A stretch of 64,000 nucleotides of DNA from Actinomycetota bacterium (GCA_017856385.1 JAFMFD010000007.1:1156-65155), one strand, 5' to 3'. Shown: positions 34,883 through 44,171, numbered from the stretch's first letter. Numbers and translations are program-made. The notes: generated by a model from the sequence alone, not told the origin.

Positions 34883-34928
34883 CCCTCGCAGCCGTCCGTG
34901 ACGGCCTTGCTACCCTTCGCTACGCATT

Positions 34929-35001
34929 GGGGCTGTAGCGCAGCTGGTAGCGCACCTCGTTCGCAACGAGGGGGTCAGGGGTTCGAGTCCCCTCAGCTCC
35001 A
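34929..35001 (+). tRNA. tRNA-Ala (anticodon CGC)
   Basis: GGGGCTG TA GCGC AGCTGGTA GCGC A CCTCG TTCGCAA CGAGG GGGTC AGGGG TTCGAGT CCCCT CAGCTCC A. The G3:U70 Ala identity pair is present. Confidence 0.9.
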
Positions 35002-35010
35002 CTCTTTTCT

Positions 35011-35156
35011 CGTTTGTCCCGCGACGCGGGAGAACTCACCTTCGCACCCTGCTTTTCCACCGGTTTAGTTCGTTTGTCCCGCGTCGCGGGAGAAACGAGC
35101 GTGGGGGCCCGATTTCGGGGCTGTTTGGCTCAGTTGTCCCGCGTCGCGGGAGAAAC
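35011..35156 (+). repeat. three copies of a 25-26-nt palindromic repeat at an exact 60-nt phase (CRISPR-like mini-array candidate or phased binding sites)
   Basis: 35011-35035 CGTTTGTCCCGCGACGCGGGAGAAC; 35071-35096 CGTTTGTCCCGCGTCGCGGGAGAAAC; 35131-35156 CAGTTGTCCCGCGTCGCGGGAGAAAC. Inner inverted repeat TCCCGCG-n-CGCGGGA. Confidence 0.85.
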
Positions 35157-35356
35157 GGGGTTGTGGGCTAACGGGCGGCGTGCGACTGTCCAATCGTGCG
35201 TGCATCATCAACCGACATCGGATCCGCTGACCGGGTACCCAGCGGCATTGCTCCGCGTATGATCAAACAGGGAGATTCCGCGGGCGAAGGAGCGATTCCT
35301 GATTCACGCGCCCAACCTCGAGAGCCCTCGAGTATCTGAGCCTCTGGAGGTCAGAA

Positions 35357-36508
35357 GTGAAGCTATCCATCCGAGCTGCTGGCGTGGCGCTCGTCGCCTC
35401 AACCTTGTTGTTCACCACCGTTGCGTGCAGCAGCACTGACGAGTCGGCGCCGACCGCAGCCACCACCGCAGAAGCCACTCCCACGGACGCAGCCACCGGC
35501 ATCGCTGAGCAGGAATCCGGAACCGTCGTCGATGCCCTGGTCTCCGCTGGCAGCTTCACGATTCTGACTGAGCTGCTGACAGCTGCAGGGCTCGAGGAGG
35601 CTTTGTCGGGTCCAGGTCCGTTCACCGTGTTCGCCCCCACGGACCAGGCCTGGGAGGCACGAGCCAGCCAGTTGGGCGTTCCTCTAGATGACCACCTCGA
35701 GGACCTCATCGCGGATCCCGAACTGCTGACCGACATGCTGCTCTACCACGTCGTGCCGGGCAGTATTCCCGCGGCTGAAGTGGTCACCCTCGACGGCCAG
35801 AAGGTCACGACCCTGTCGGGTGAAGGATGGACGGTCCTCGTTGATGGGAATACCGTCGGCATCGAGGATGGCTTTGGCATGGTCGCGAACGTTGTCGATG
35901 TCGACGCCCCTGCATCCAACGGTGTGATCCACAGCGTGGATCGAGTGCTTGACGGGGCGATCATCGGTCTCGACGGTAGTGAGACGTCGGCGCAGCCCTC
36001 AGCCAAGGACTACACCCCGTACAACGACACCTTTGATGGGGTAGCAGGCAGCACCATCATGGAGAATCTCGCCGCTGCCGGCAGCTTCACCGTGCTGACT
36101 GAACTGCTTACAGCTACCGGGCTCGTGGAGACTCTTTCGGCTCCTGGTGAGTACACCGTGTTCGCCCCCACGGATGATGCCCTCGAGGCCACCGCCGCGG
36201 AGCTAGGCGTTCCGCTGGATGAAGTCGTGAAGATCCTGATCGCTGACCCTGAGCTGCTCACAGACATGATGCTCTATCTCGTAGTGCCGGGCACGATCTC
36301 AGCCGCTGAGTTGAAGACCCTCAACGGCCAGAAGGTCAGGAACCTGTCTGGTGAGGAATGGACCGTCCTTGTTGATGGCGACACGGTCAGCATCAAGGAC
36401 GGCTATGACAGAACCACCACGGTCATCGACATGGATGTCGCCGCATCCAACGGCATCATCGATGTCGTTGACGGCTTGCCCCAGGGAGCGGACGGAGAGG
36501 CGGACTAG
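35357..36508 (+). CDS. lipoprotein with two fasciclin (FAS1) domains
   Basis: GTG 35357 after GGAGG. Lipobox LLFTTVAC. FAS1 motifs occur twice (FTVFAPTDQAW..NGVIHSVDRVL and YTVFAPTDDAL..NGIIDVVDGL). GC3 is lower than in neighbours. Confidence 0.85.
   Translation: MKLSIRAAGVALVASTLLFTTVACSSTDESAPTAATTAEATPTDAATGIAEQESGTVVDALVSAGSFTILTELLTAAGLEEALSGPGPFTVFAPTDQAWEARASQLGVPLDDHLEDLIADPELLTDMLLYHVVPGSIPAAEVVTLDGQKVTTLSGEGWTVLVDGNTVGIEDGFGMVANVVDVDAPASNGVIHSVDRVLDGAIIGLDGSETSAQPSAKDYTPYNDTFDGVAGSTIMENLAAAGSFTVLTELLTATGLVETLSAPGEYTVFAPTDDALEATAAELGVPLDEVVKILIADPELLTDMMLYLVVPGTISAAELKTLNGQKVRNLSGEEWTVLVDGDTVSIKDGYDRTTTVIDMDVAASNGIIDVVDGLPQGADGEAD
35522..36475 (+). repeat. internal tandem duplication of the FAS1 domain (two ~143-codon copies offset by 528 nt)
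   Basis: Hand alignment of aa 56-198 against aa 232-373 gives roughly two-thirds identity, including the long identical run IADPELLTDM. Confidence 0.8.
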
Positions 36509-36516
36509 GCGCCCAC

Positions 36517-37104
36517 CTGATCCAGAGACGTCGTCTCACCAGCGATAACTCGCTGCGCGCCTTCGCCGTCGCGCAGGAGTCAAATGGCGGATTCCCCACG
36601 CCGATGGAGTATCTCCGGGCGTCGGAGGTATACGGCTGCTTCCGCAACGAGGTGATGATCGGCGGCTTCCTCATCAACGAGACCGACAATCTGCGAGCTC
36701 TCGAGTAGTTACCCCAGGACGACGTGGACGCGATCCGACGCCGCTTCGCGGGTCGACGTCCCTACGAGGTCATGTGCCTCTGGATGATCCCCGAGGTGGG
36801 TGGCGAGCCGGCAGGGACGCTCATCTGGCTCATGAGCGTCTCGCACTGCGTGCCAGATAGTCGTCGCCCGTTGGTCATTTCGACCGTTCACGAGAAGATC
36901 TACCGGCTCTACGAGCACGGTCACCCCACGCTTCTCTACGGCGGCGTCATCCCGCTGCCCGATGGGAGTGAGGTGCCCAAGTACGTCCTGACCTTTGACA
37001 GCGGCGTGCGCTTCGTCGGCGGCTTCGCCTCCGTTGCGGTCAAACGCCTCGGCAACACCCTCGCCACGCGCCTGCGGCGCGCCCCATCCAAGCGCCACAC
37101 CTGA
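36517..37104 (+). pseudogene. decayed gene of unknown function: no start codon and an in-frame TAG at 36706-36708
   Basis: Frame 1 opens at 36472 after TGA and has no ATG/GTG/TTG before 36604. It reads ..SDNSLRAFAVAQESNGGFPTPMEYLRASEVYGCFRNEVMIGGFLINETDNLRALE*LPQDDVDAIRRRF..KIYRLYEHGHPTLLYGGVIPLPDGSEVPKYVLTFDS..SKRHT*. GC3 bias supports this frame on both sides of the TAG. Confidence 0.55.
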
Positions 37105-37419
37105 CGCACACAGCGCACGAACGTGAGTTGACCCTCATCACCGATCCTCGGCACCTCGCCCTCGACCAACGACGATGACGGCCACTGCACCACGACCTAC
37201 ACCGCCACTGCTGTGGGCACGAGTGCTCCGGGCGCCCAGATCGTGCCCACTGCAGTGCCTAGCATCGGGCCAGCAGATCGATTGCACGGGCTCCTTCACG
37301 GGAACCCCCCCCGTCAGTCACGGGCCTCACGAACACACTGATCCTGGTCAAGAGCTCCTCCACCTCCATCTTCAAGAGGCGACCGCCTGCGTGGTGCCGT
37401 GAGCGGGAGCGGGGCCTTC

Positions 37420-39006
37420 TCAGATCCAGGACGGGAACCACATCCGCAGGCGCCACGCGTCGTACGGGATCACCTCGCCGGTCCAGATCGGGTAGAACCA
37501 CCAGGCCGCCGCGATCATCAGCACCATGAGCACGCCGACCGCGATGGCCCCGTCGCGACGTCGTCGTGGCGGGGCATCGGGGGGCCCGAGCATCGCCCCG
37601 AGCGTCATGGCCACTGCCATGACCATGAACGGTGAGACCACCACCGTGTAGAAGGTGAAGATCGTGCGATCGAGGTACAGCAGCCACGGCAGCCATCCAG
37701 CGGCGATGCCGACCAGCACGGCACCGGACCGCCAGTCGCGACCCGCGAGCCAACGCCAACCCTGGTAGAGGACGGCGAGGATGCCGAACCACCAGATGAT
37801 CGGGTTGCCGAGGGCGGTGACGGCGGAGGCACACGAGGCCGCGCCGCAGTCCCCGCCACCGCCGTCGAACCCGTCGTAGAAGAACGACGTCGGCCGCGAC
37901 TGGAACGGCCACGAGAGCGGATTGCTCGAGTACGAGTGCTCGGTGGTCAGGCCGACATGGAAGTTCCACGCCTCGGAGTGGTAGTGCAGCAGCGAGCGGA
38001 GGGCATCCGGCACCATCGAGGGTGGCTGGTCGGCCGCCCAGTTGCGCGCATATCCGAGGTCGGACGTGAACCAGCCCCACCAGGACGCCACGTACAGCAC
38101 GGCGACGATGGCGAGGGTGGCCGCGGCAGCCGGGAGGGCATCGCGCACGAACGTGGCACGCCATGGCTGCTGCACGCCGACCATCCGCCGGGCGCCGACG
38201 TCCCACACCACTGACATGACCATGAGGAAGGCGAGGAACCACAGGCCGGACCACTTGGTCGCGACAGCGAGCCCGAGCGCTGCCGCCGCGGCCCAGCGCC
38301 ACGGGCGCAGGCCGAGTCGCGGGCCCCACTGCGTGGCCATGCCTGCGATGCCGTCGGTGCGCACTGCGCGTGCGAGTCGAGTGCGCATGCTGTCTCTGTC
38401 GATGAGCAGGAGCCCAAAGGCGACGATCACCCAGAAGGCGAGGACGAGATCGAGCAGGCCGGTGCGGCTCAGCACCAGGTGCATGCCCTCCACGGCCAGC
38501 AGCAGCCCGGCGATGGTGCCGATCAGGTCGGAGCGCGTGAGCCGCCGCACGATACGGGCGACGAGCAGGATCGACAGCGTCCCGAGCAGGGCGACCGTGA
38601 ACCTCCAGCCGAAGGGGGTGGCACCGAAGAGCCACTCGCCGGCGGCGATCATCCACTTGCCGACGGGGGGATGGACCACGAAGGCGGGCTCGGTGGTGAA
38701 CACATTCACCGTCTGCCAGTTGCCGTCGGACGACAGCAGGATGTCGTCCGCGCCCTCGACCGTCTTGACCTCCACGCCGAAGCGCAGCAGCGAGAGCGCG
38801 TCCTTGGGGTAGTAGGTCTCGTCGAACATCACCGCGTGGGGGCGACCGAGCTCGACGAACCGCAGGATGCCGCCGATCAGCATGGCGACGACGGGTCCGA
38901 TCCAGCCGATCAGTCCGTGGGACGGCATCGGCGGTGCCAGCCGATCCGGCAGGGAGGCCAGGTCGCGGCGGGCGGGCACTGGGGCAGCCGACGCGGTGGC
39001 GCTCAC
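37420..39006 (-). CDS. pmt: dolichyl/polyprenyl-phosphate-mannose--protein mannosyltransferase (GT-C, PMT family)
   Basis: Loop-1 acidic motif MFDETYYPKDA, more than 10 TM helices, and a position divergent from rsmI as in M. tuberculosis Rv1002c/Rv1003. GTG 39006 preferred over the track's 39168. Confidence 0.85.
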   Translation of the reverse strand: MSATASAAPVPARRDLASLPDRLAPPMPSHGLIGWIGPVVAMLIGGILRFVELGRPHAVMFDETYYPKDALSLLRFGVEVKTVEGADDILLSSDGNWQTVNVFTTEPAFVVHPPVGKWMIAAGEWLFGATPFGWRFTVALLGTLSILLVARIVRRLTRSDLIGTIAGLLLAVEGMHLVLSRTGLLDLVLAFWVIVAFGLLLIDRDSMRTRLARAVRTDGIAGMATQWGPRLGLRPWRWAAAAALGLAVATKWSGLWFLAFLMVMSVVWDVGARRMVGVQQPWRATFVRDALPAAAATLAIVAVLYVASWWGWFTSDLGYARNWAADQPPSMVPDALRSLLHYHSEAWNFHVGLTTEHSYSSNPLSWPFQSRPTSFFYDGFDGGGGDCGAASCASAVTALGNPIIWWFGILAVLYQGWRWLAGRDWRSGAVLVGIAAGWLPWLLYLDRTIFTFYTVVVSPFMVMAVAMTLGAMLGPPDAPPRRRRDGAIAVGVLMVLMIAAAWWFYPIWTGEVIPYDAWRLRMWFPSWI

Positions 39007-39040
39007 CGGCTCATCGTAGGGGCGCTGACAGGATGGCCGC

Positions 39041-39919
39041 GTGGGCGACGGCGGGCAGGGCGGCGGCCGGATCGTCCTTGCCGCGACCCCGCTCGGCAAC
39101 CGAGGCGACGCGTCGCCGAGACTCGTCACAGCCCTCGCCACCGCCGATGTCATCGCGGCCGAGGACACCCGTCGCCTGCATCGCCTCGCCGCGGACCTGA
39201 GCGTCGACCTGACCGGTCGCGTCGTGTCGTACTACGACGCGGTCGAGGCGGAGCGCGCCGAGCAGCTGGTCGAGCGGGCCCGCGCTGGCGCAACTGTCGT
39301 CGTGGTCACCGACGCCGGGATGCCGGTCGTGAGCGACCCCGGCTACCGCGTGGTCGCGCTGGCCATCGAGCAGGGCGTTCACGTCAGCGTCATCCCCGGG
39401 CCGAGCGCCGTGCTCACCGCGCTGGCCATCTCGGGGCTGCCCGTCGACAGGTTCTGCTTCGAGGGATTCCTGCCGCGCAAGGCCGGTGAGCGGGCGGCGC
39501 GGATCGCCGACCTCGCCGCCGAGCAGCGCACGATGGTGCTGTTCGAGGCCCCGCATCGGCTGGCGGCCCTGCTCGAGGCCATGGCGAGCGGCCTGGGGCC
39601 GGATCGGCGCGGGGCCGTCTGCCGCGAGCTCACCAAGACCTACGAGGAAGTGCGTCGCGGCACGCTGCGCGAGCTCGCGGCCTGGGCGGCGGATGGCGTG
39701 CGCGGCGAGATCACGGTCGTCGTCGCGGGCGCGTCGCGAGAGGACCTGCGCAGGGTGCAGTCGCTCGAGGGTCCCGAGGACTGGGTGGACGCAGTGCTCT
39801 CACGCGAGGACTCCGGCCTGTCGCGCAAGGACGCCATCGCCGACGTGGCACGGGTGGCCGGGGTCCCGAAGCGCGAGGTGTACGACGCGGTCATCCGGGG
39901 GAGTGCGTCGCGAAAGTAG
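39041..39919 (+). CDS. rsmI: 16S rRNA (cytidine1402-2'-O)-methyltransferase
   Basis: Tetrapyrrole-methylase fold: GRIVLAATPLGN, DAGMPVVSDPG, FEAPHR. Confidence 0.9.
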   Translation: MGDGGQGGGRIVLAATPLGNRGDASPRLVTALATADVIAAEDTRRLHRLAADLSVDLTGRVVSYYDAVEAERAEQLVERARAGATVVVVTDAGMPVVSDPGYRVVALAIEQGVHVSVIPGPSAVLTALAISGLPVDRFCFEGFLPRKAGERAARIADLAAEQRTMVLFEAPHRLAALLEAMASGLGPDRRGAVCRELTKTYEEVRRGTLRELAAWAADGVRGEITVVVAGASREDLRRVQSLEGPEDWVDAVLSREDSGLSRKDAIADVARVAGVPKREVYDAVIRGSASRK

Positions 39920-39928
39920 GATCGCGGC

Positions 39929-41524
39929 ATGGCCGATCCCAAGGCGTTCTACCTCACGACGCCGATCTACTACGTCAACGATGCGCCCCACATCGGCCAC
40001 GCGTACACCACGACCGCGGGCGACGTCGCGACCCGCTGGCGCCGCCAGCGCGGCGAGGACGTCTGGTTCCTGACGGGAGTCGACGAGCACGGCACCAAGG
40101 TGCAGCGGGCCGCGGATGCCGCCGGGGTAGCGCCCCAGGACTGGGTCGACCGGCTGGTCTCGCAGGCCTGGCGACCGGTGCTGGAGACGATCGACGCCGC
40201 GAACGACGACTTCATCCGCACGACCGAGCCCCGGCACCGCGAGCGCGTCCAGCGCTTCTGGGAGGTCGTCCGCGACAACGGCTACGTCTACTCCGCCGAG
40301 TACGTCGGTCCGTACTGCGTGGGGTGCGAGGAGTTCAAGCTCTCCGGCGACCTCGTCGAGGGATCGGGGGAGTTCGAGGGCCAGCTCGTATGCCCGGTGC
40401 ACGGCAGGCCGGCGGAGGAGCTGCAGGAGACCAACTGGTTCTTCCGGCTCAGCGCCTTCAGCGACCGCCTACTCGCCCACTACGAGGAGCACCCGGACGC
40501 CGTCCAGCCGCGCAGCGCGTACAACGAGGTCGTCTCCTTCATCCGGCAGGGCCTGGTGGACATCTCCATGTCGCGGTCGAGCGTCGCGTGGGGGATCCCG
40601 CTGTCGTGGGATCCGGCCCAGGTCACCTACGTGTGGTTCGACGCGCTCCTGAACTACGCCACCGCGGTCGGCTACGGCGCCGAGCCCGGCACGCGCGACG
40701 CCGAGCTCTTCGCGAGCGTGTGGCCGCCCGATGTCAACCTCGTCGGCAAGGACATCCTGCGGTTCCACGCGGTCTACTGGCCGGCCATGCTGATGGCCGC
40801 GGGCCTGGAGCCCCCCCGGAGGGTGTTCGCCCACGGCTGGCTGCTGGTCGGCGGGGAGAAGATGTCGAAGTCCAAGCTGACCGGCATCGCGCCGGAGCAG
40901 ATCATCGGCACCTTCGGCTCCGACGCCTTCCGCTACTACTTCCTGCGCGCCATCGCCTTCGGCCAGGACGGCTCGTTCTCGTGGGAGGACATGCACGCCC
41001 GCTACACCGCCGAGCTCGCCAACGGCCTAGGCAACCTCGCATCGCGTGCGACCGCGATGGTCGTCCGCTACCGCGACGGCTCGCTGCCCGCAGCGCACGA
41101 TCTCACCGATGCCGAGCACCGCATCATCGCGGCGCTCGAGCGCACGGTCGAGGTTGCCGACCCCGCGTTCTGCGACCTCGACTTCTCGACCGGCATCGTC
41201 GCCGTGAAGGAGTTCATCGACCTCGTGAACCTCTACGTCACCGAGCAGGAGCCGTGGGTGCTGGCCAAGGACGACCAGCACGCGGGCCGGCTCGATGTCG
41301 TGCTCGCCACTGTGTGCGAGTCGCTGCGGGCGATCGCCGTCCTCTACAACCCGCTCATGCCCAAGGCGATGGGCGAGCTGTGGGACCAGCTCGGTGCGGG
41401 CGGGCAGCTCGGCCCGATTGCCGACCAGCGCATCGCCGACGTCGCCCGCTGGGGGCAGCTGCCCCCCGGCACCCGGGTCACGAAGGGCGAGGCCCTCTTC
41501 CCGCGCATCGAGGAGGTCGAGTGA
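39929..41524 (+). CDS. metG: methionine--tRNA ligase
   Basis: HIGH motif (APHIGHAYT) and KMSKS (GEKMSKSKL). 531 aa. Confidence 0.95.
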   Translation: MADPKAFYLTTPIYYVNDAPHIGHAYTTTAGDVATRWRRQRGEDVWFLTGVDEHGTKVQRAADAAGVAPQDWVDRLVSQAWRPVLETIDAANDDFIRTTEPRHRERVQRFWEVVRDNGYVYSAEYVGPYCVGCEEFKLSGDLVEGSGEFEGQLVCPVHGRPAEELQETNWFFRLSAFSDRLLAHYEEHPDAVQPRSAYNEVVSFIRQGLVDISMSRSSVAWGIPLSWDPAQVTYVWFDALLNYATAVGYGAEPGTRDAELFASVWPPDVNLVGKDILRFHAVYWPAMLMAAGLEPPRRVFAHGWLLVGGEKMSKSKLTGIAPEQIIGTFGSDAFRYYFLRAIAFGQDGSFSWEDMHARYTAELANGLGNLASRATAMVVRYRDGSLPAAHDLTDAEHRIIAALERTVEVADPAFCDLDFSTGIVAVKEFIDLVNLYVTEQEPWVLAKDDQHAGRLDVVLATVCESLRAIAVLYNPLMPKAMGELWDQLGAGGQLGPIADQRIADVARWGQLPPGTRVTKGEALFPRIEEVE

Positions 41525-42393
41525 CGTCAGGCCGGGCTGGCAGCTCGACCGGGCCCGTGCCGGCACCGGAGCCCCTCGCGGCCCCGGTCATCGACTCGCA
41601 CACCCACCTGAACCTGCACGACCGCTACCTGCACGGCGACAGCGCTCCCGATCCCGACGAGCTGCTCGCCATGGCGGCCGAGGTCGGCGTGCCGAAGGTC
41701 GTGCAGATCGGCTGCGACGTCGACTATGCGCGCGCGTCGATCGCCATGGCGCGCACAAGGCCGTCCGTCGTCGTCGGGGTGTCGGTCCACCCCAATGACG
41801 CCGCCCGCATCGGCGAGCGCGAGGGCCTGGCCGGTCTGGATCGGGCCATCGACGAGATCGCGGAGATGGCCGGCGACGACGTCGTCCACGCGGTGGGGGA
41901 GACCGGACTGGACTACTACCGCACCGGCGAGGACCTGCGCTGGGCGCAGCACCACTCGTTCCGCCGCCACATCGACCTCGCGAACTCCCTGGGCAAGGCG
42001 CTCGTGATCCACGACCGCGACTCGCACGACGACGTCATCGCCCTGCTCGAGGATCAGGGGCCGCCGGAGCGGGTGGTCTTCCACTGCTTCAGCGGTGACG
42101 CCGCAATGGCACGCTACTGCGCCGAGCGCGGGTGGTACCTGTCCTTCGCGGGGCCGGTGACCTTCCCCGCGAACGAGGGGCTGCGCGAGGCCCTCGACGC
42201 GACGCCGGACCACCTGCTCCTGGTCGAGACCGATGCGCCCTACCTGACACCCGTGCCCCATCGGGGCCGAGCCAACGCGTCCTACCTGATGCCCCACACC
42301 GTGCGCGTGATGGCCGACCGCCGTGGCGTCGACGAGGCGCGCCTGTGCGGACTCCTCTACGACAACGCGCAGCGGGCCTTCGGCCCATGGTGA
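41521..42393 (+). CDS. tatD: TatD-family metal-dependent hydrolase/DNase
   Basis: GTG 41521 overlaps the metG stop (GTGA). [23 protein letters not shown]. It is only the 3' third of track ORF 40324-42393. Confidence 0.9.
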   Translation: MTSGRAGSSTGPVPAPEPLAAPVIDSHTHLNLHDRYLHGDSAPDPDELLAMAAEVGVPKVVQIGCDVDYARASIAMARTRPSVVVGVSVHPNDAARIGEREGLAGLDRAIDEIAEMAGDDVVHAVGETGLDYYRTGEDLRWAQHHSFRRHIDLANSLGKALVIHDRDSHDDVIALLEDQGPPERVVFHCFSGDAAMARYCAERGWYLSFAGPVTFPANEGLREALDATPDHLLLVETDAPYLTPVPHRGRANASYLMPHTVRVMADRRGVDEARLCGLLYDNAQRAFGPW

Positions 42394-43250
42394 GCCTCCT
42401 CGGCGGAGGCGACATCCGCGCCCTGGCCGACGAGCTCGGGGTGCGGCCGACCAAGCGGTGGGGGCAGAACTTCGTCACGGACCCGAACACGGTCACGCGC
42501 ATCGCCTCGGCGGCGCGCCTCGACGCCGACGACGTCGTGCTGGAGGTGGGGCCCGGTCTGGGCAGCCTGACCCTCGCCCTGCTGCCGTGCGCTCGCCAGG
42601 TCATCGCGGTCGAGGTGGACGCCCGCCTCGCCGAGCGTCTCCCGCGCACGGTCACCGAGCGCGCCGGCGAGTTCGCGGACCGGCTGACGGTCGTGTGCGC
42701 GGATGCACTCGAGGTGACGCACCTGCCGGCCACGCCCACTGCGCTCGTAGCCAACCTGCCCTACAACATCGCGGTGCCCGTCGTGCTGCACCTGCTGGCG
42801 ACCTTCCCGTCCATCGCCACGGTGCTCGTGATGGTCCAGCGCGAGGTGGCCGACCGCCTCGCTGCGGCGCCGGGATCGCGGGTCTACGGGGTGCCCAGTG
42901 CCAAGGCCCGGTGGTACGGCTCGGTGGAGTCCGCAGGCAACGTGGGCACGTCCGTCTTCTGGCCGGTGCCGCGCGTGGAGTCCGGCCTGGTCCGGATCGT
43001 GCGCACGGACCCGCCTCCCGCGGAATCGACACGGGAGGAGGTCTTCTCAGTCGTCGACGCTGCCTTCGCCCAGCGCCGCAAGACCCTCAGGTCGGCGCTC
43101 GCCGGGCTCGCCGGATCGCCGGCCCGGGCCGAGGGGGCCCTGCGCGAGGCCGGCATCGATCCCGGCGAGCGTGGGGAGCAGCTTGGCATCGAGGACTTCG
43201 CACGGGTGGCCGACGCGCTCGCCCGCGCATCAGCGCATCCTGCGGACTAG
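42387..43250 (+). CDS. rsmA: 16S rRNA (adenine1518/1519-N6)-dimethyltransferase
   Basis: ATG 42387 overlaps the tatD end. [26 protein letters not shown]. Confidence 0.9.
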   Translation: MVSLLGGGDIRALADELGVRPTKRWGQNFVTDPNTVTRIASAARLDADDVVLEVGPGLGSLTLALLPCARQVIAVEVDARLAERLPRTVTERAGEFADRLTVVCADALEVTHLPATPTALVANLPYNIAVPVVLHLLATFPSIATVLVMVQREVADRLAAAPGSRVYGVPSAKARWYGSVESAGNVGTSVFWPVPRVESGLVRIVRTDPPPAESTREEVFSVVDAAFAQRRKTLRSALAGLAGSPARAEGALREAGIDPGERGEQLGIEDFARVADALARASAHPAD

Positions 43251-43259
43251 CCTTCGCGG

Positions 43260-44171
43260 GTGAGGCCGACGTCCATCACCGTGCGCGTCCCGGCCAAGGT
43301 GAACCTCCACCTGTCGGTCGGGCCGCTGCGTGCGGACGGCTTCCACGAGCTGGCGACCGTGTTCCATGCCGTGGACCTCTGCGACGAGGTCGTCGTCCGG
43401 CCCTCCTCCTCGCCAGGGGTGCGGCTCACGGTCACCGGCGAGGGCGCCGACGGGCTGCCGACCGACGGGTCCAATCTCGCGAGCCGCGCGGCGAGGCTGC
43501 TCGCCGAGCGACTCGGCCGTGAACCCGACGTCGAGATGCACGTGCACAAGGCGATCCCGGTGGCCGGCGGGATGGCCGGCGGGAGCGCCGACGGTGCGGC
43601 GGCACTGGTCGCGTGCGATGCGCTGTGGCAGGGCGGCCTGGGTCGCGACGAACTCGCGGAGCTTGCGGCCAAGCTCGGCTCGGACGTCCCGTTCGCCCTC
43701 CAGGGTGGCACGGCGATCGGCACCGGCCGGGGTGAGCGACTCGCCCCGGTGCTCACCCGTGGGTCGTTCATGTGGGTGTTCGCGGTCGCGGAGGTGGGAC
43801 TGTCGACACCGGCGGTCTATGCCGAGTGCGATCGGCTCCGGGAGGGCCGACGCGTCCCGCAGCCCTACATCCCGGACCTGCTCATGCAGGCGCTCGCCGC
43901 CGGAGATGCGGTGCTCCTGGGCAAGGCGCTGCACAACGACCTGCAGCCGGCGGCCGTGTCGCTGCGCCCGGCCCTCGGGCAGCTGCTGGACGCGGGGGAC
44001 GATCTCGGGGCCCTCGGCGGGCTGGTGTCGGGCAGCGGTCCGACGTGCGCGTTCCTGGCCCGCGACGACGACCACGCGCTCGACCTCGCCGCCGCCCTCT
44101 CGGGCACGGGGCTGTGCCGGACCGTCCGCACGGCTCGCGGCCCCGCTGCCGGGGCCCGAGTCGTCGGCTGA
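43260..44171 (+). CDS. ispE: 4-(cytidine 5'-diphospho)-2-C-methyl-D-erythritol kinase
   Basis: PAKVNLHL and the GHMP kinase motif [11 protein letters not shown]. Confidence 0.9.
   Translation: MRPTSITVRVPAKVNLHLSVGPLRADGFHELATVFHAVDLCDEVVVRPSSSPGVRLTVTGEGADGLPTDGSNLASRAARLLAERLGREPDVEMHVHKAIPVAGGMAGGSADGAAALVACDALWQGGLGRDELAELAAKLGSDVPFALQGGTAIGTGRGERLAPVLTRGSFMWVFAVAEVGLSTPAVYAECDRLREGRRVPQPYIPDLLMQALAAGDAVLLGKALHNDLQPAAVSLRPALGQLLDAGDDLGALGGLVSGSGPTCAFLARDDDHALDLAAALSGTGLCRTVRTARGPAAGARVVG

Noticed and set aside
35014-35262. 82-aa ORF with repeated LSRVAGET
   Set aside because: The internal repeats are simply the translation of the three 60-nt-phased DNA repeats. The ORF has no ribosome-binding context and no GC3 bias, and it starts inside the first repeat.
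37259-37369. 36-codon minus-strand ORF MEVEELLTRISVFVRPVTDGGGSREGARAIDLLARC downstream of pmt
   Set aside because: It is too short and has no recognisable family. It runs through a C8/G8 homopolymer that could equally mark a frameshifted remnant. The evidence is insufficient to call a gene.
35002-37419. Intact integrated mobile element at tRNA-Ala
   Set aside because: No integrase, excisionase or transposase ORF is present. I found no second copy of the tRNA-Ala 3' end (..GGTTCGAGTCCCCTCAGCTCCA) to mark an att site. Only a compositional oddity remains, and it is kept as a low-key finding.
39920-39928. T-box or other leader upstream of metG
   Set aside because: Only 9 nt separate rsmI and metG, so there is no room for a leader RNA.
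40324-42393. 689-aa plus-strand ORF
   Set aside because: Only the last 290 codons (from GTG 41521) are TatD. The upstream two-thirds is an out-of-frame overlap of metG. The same trimming logic was applied to 11988-13547, 47240-48925, 48935-50965, 47345-48700, 61728-63116 and 30879-31673.
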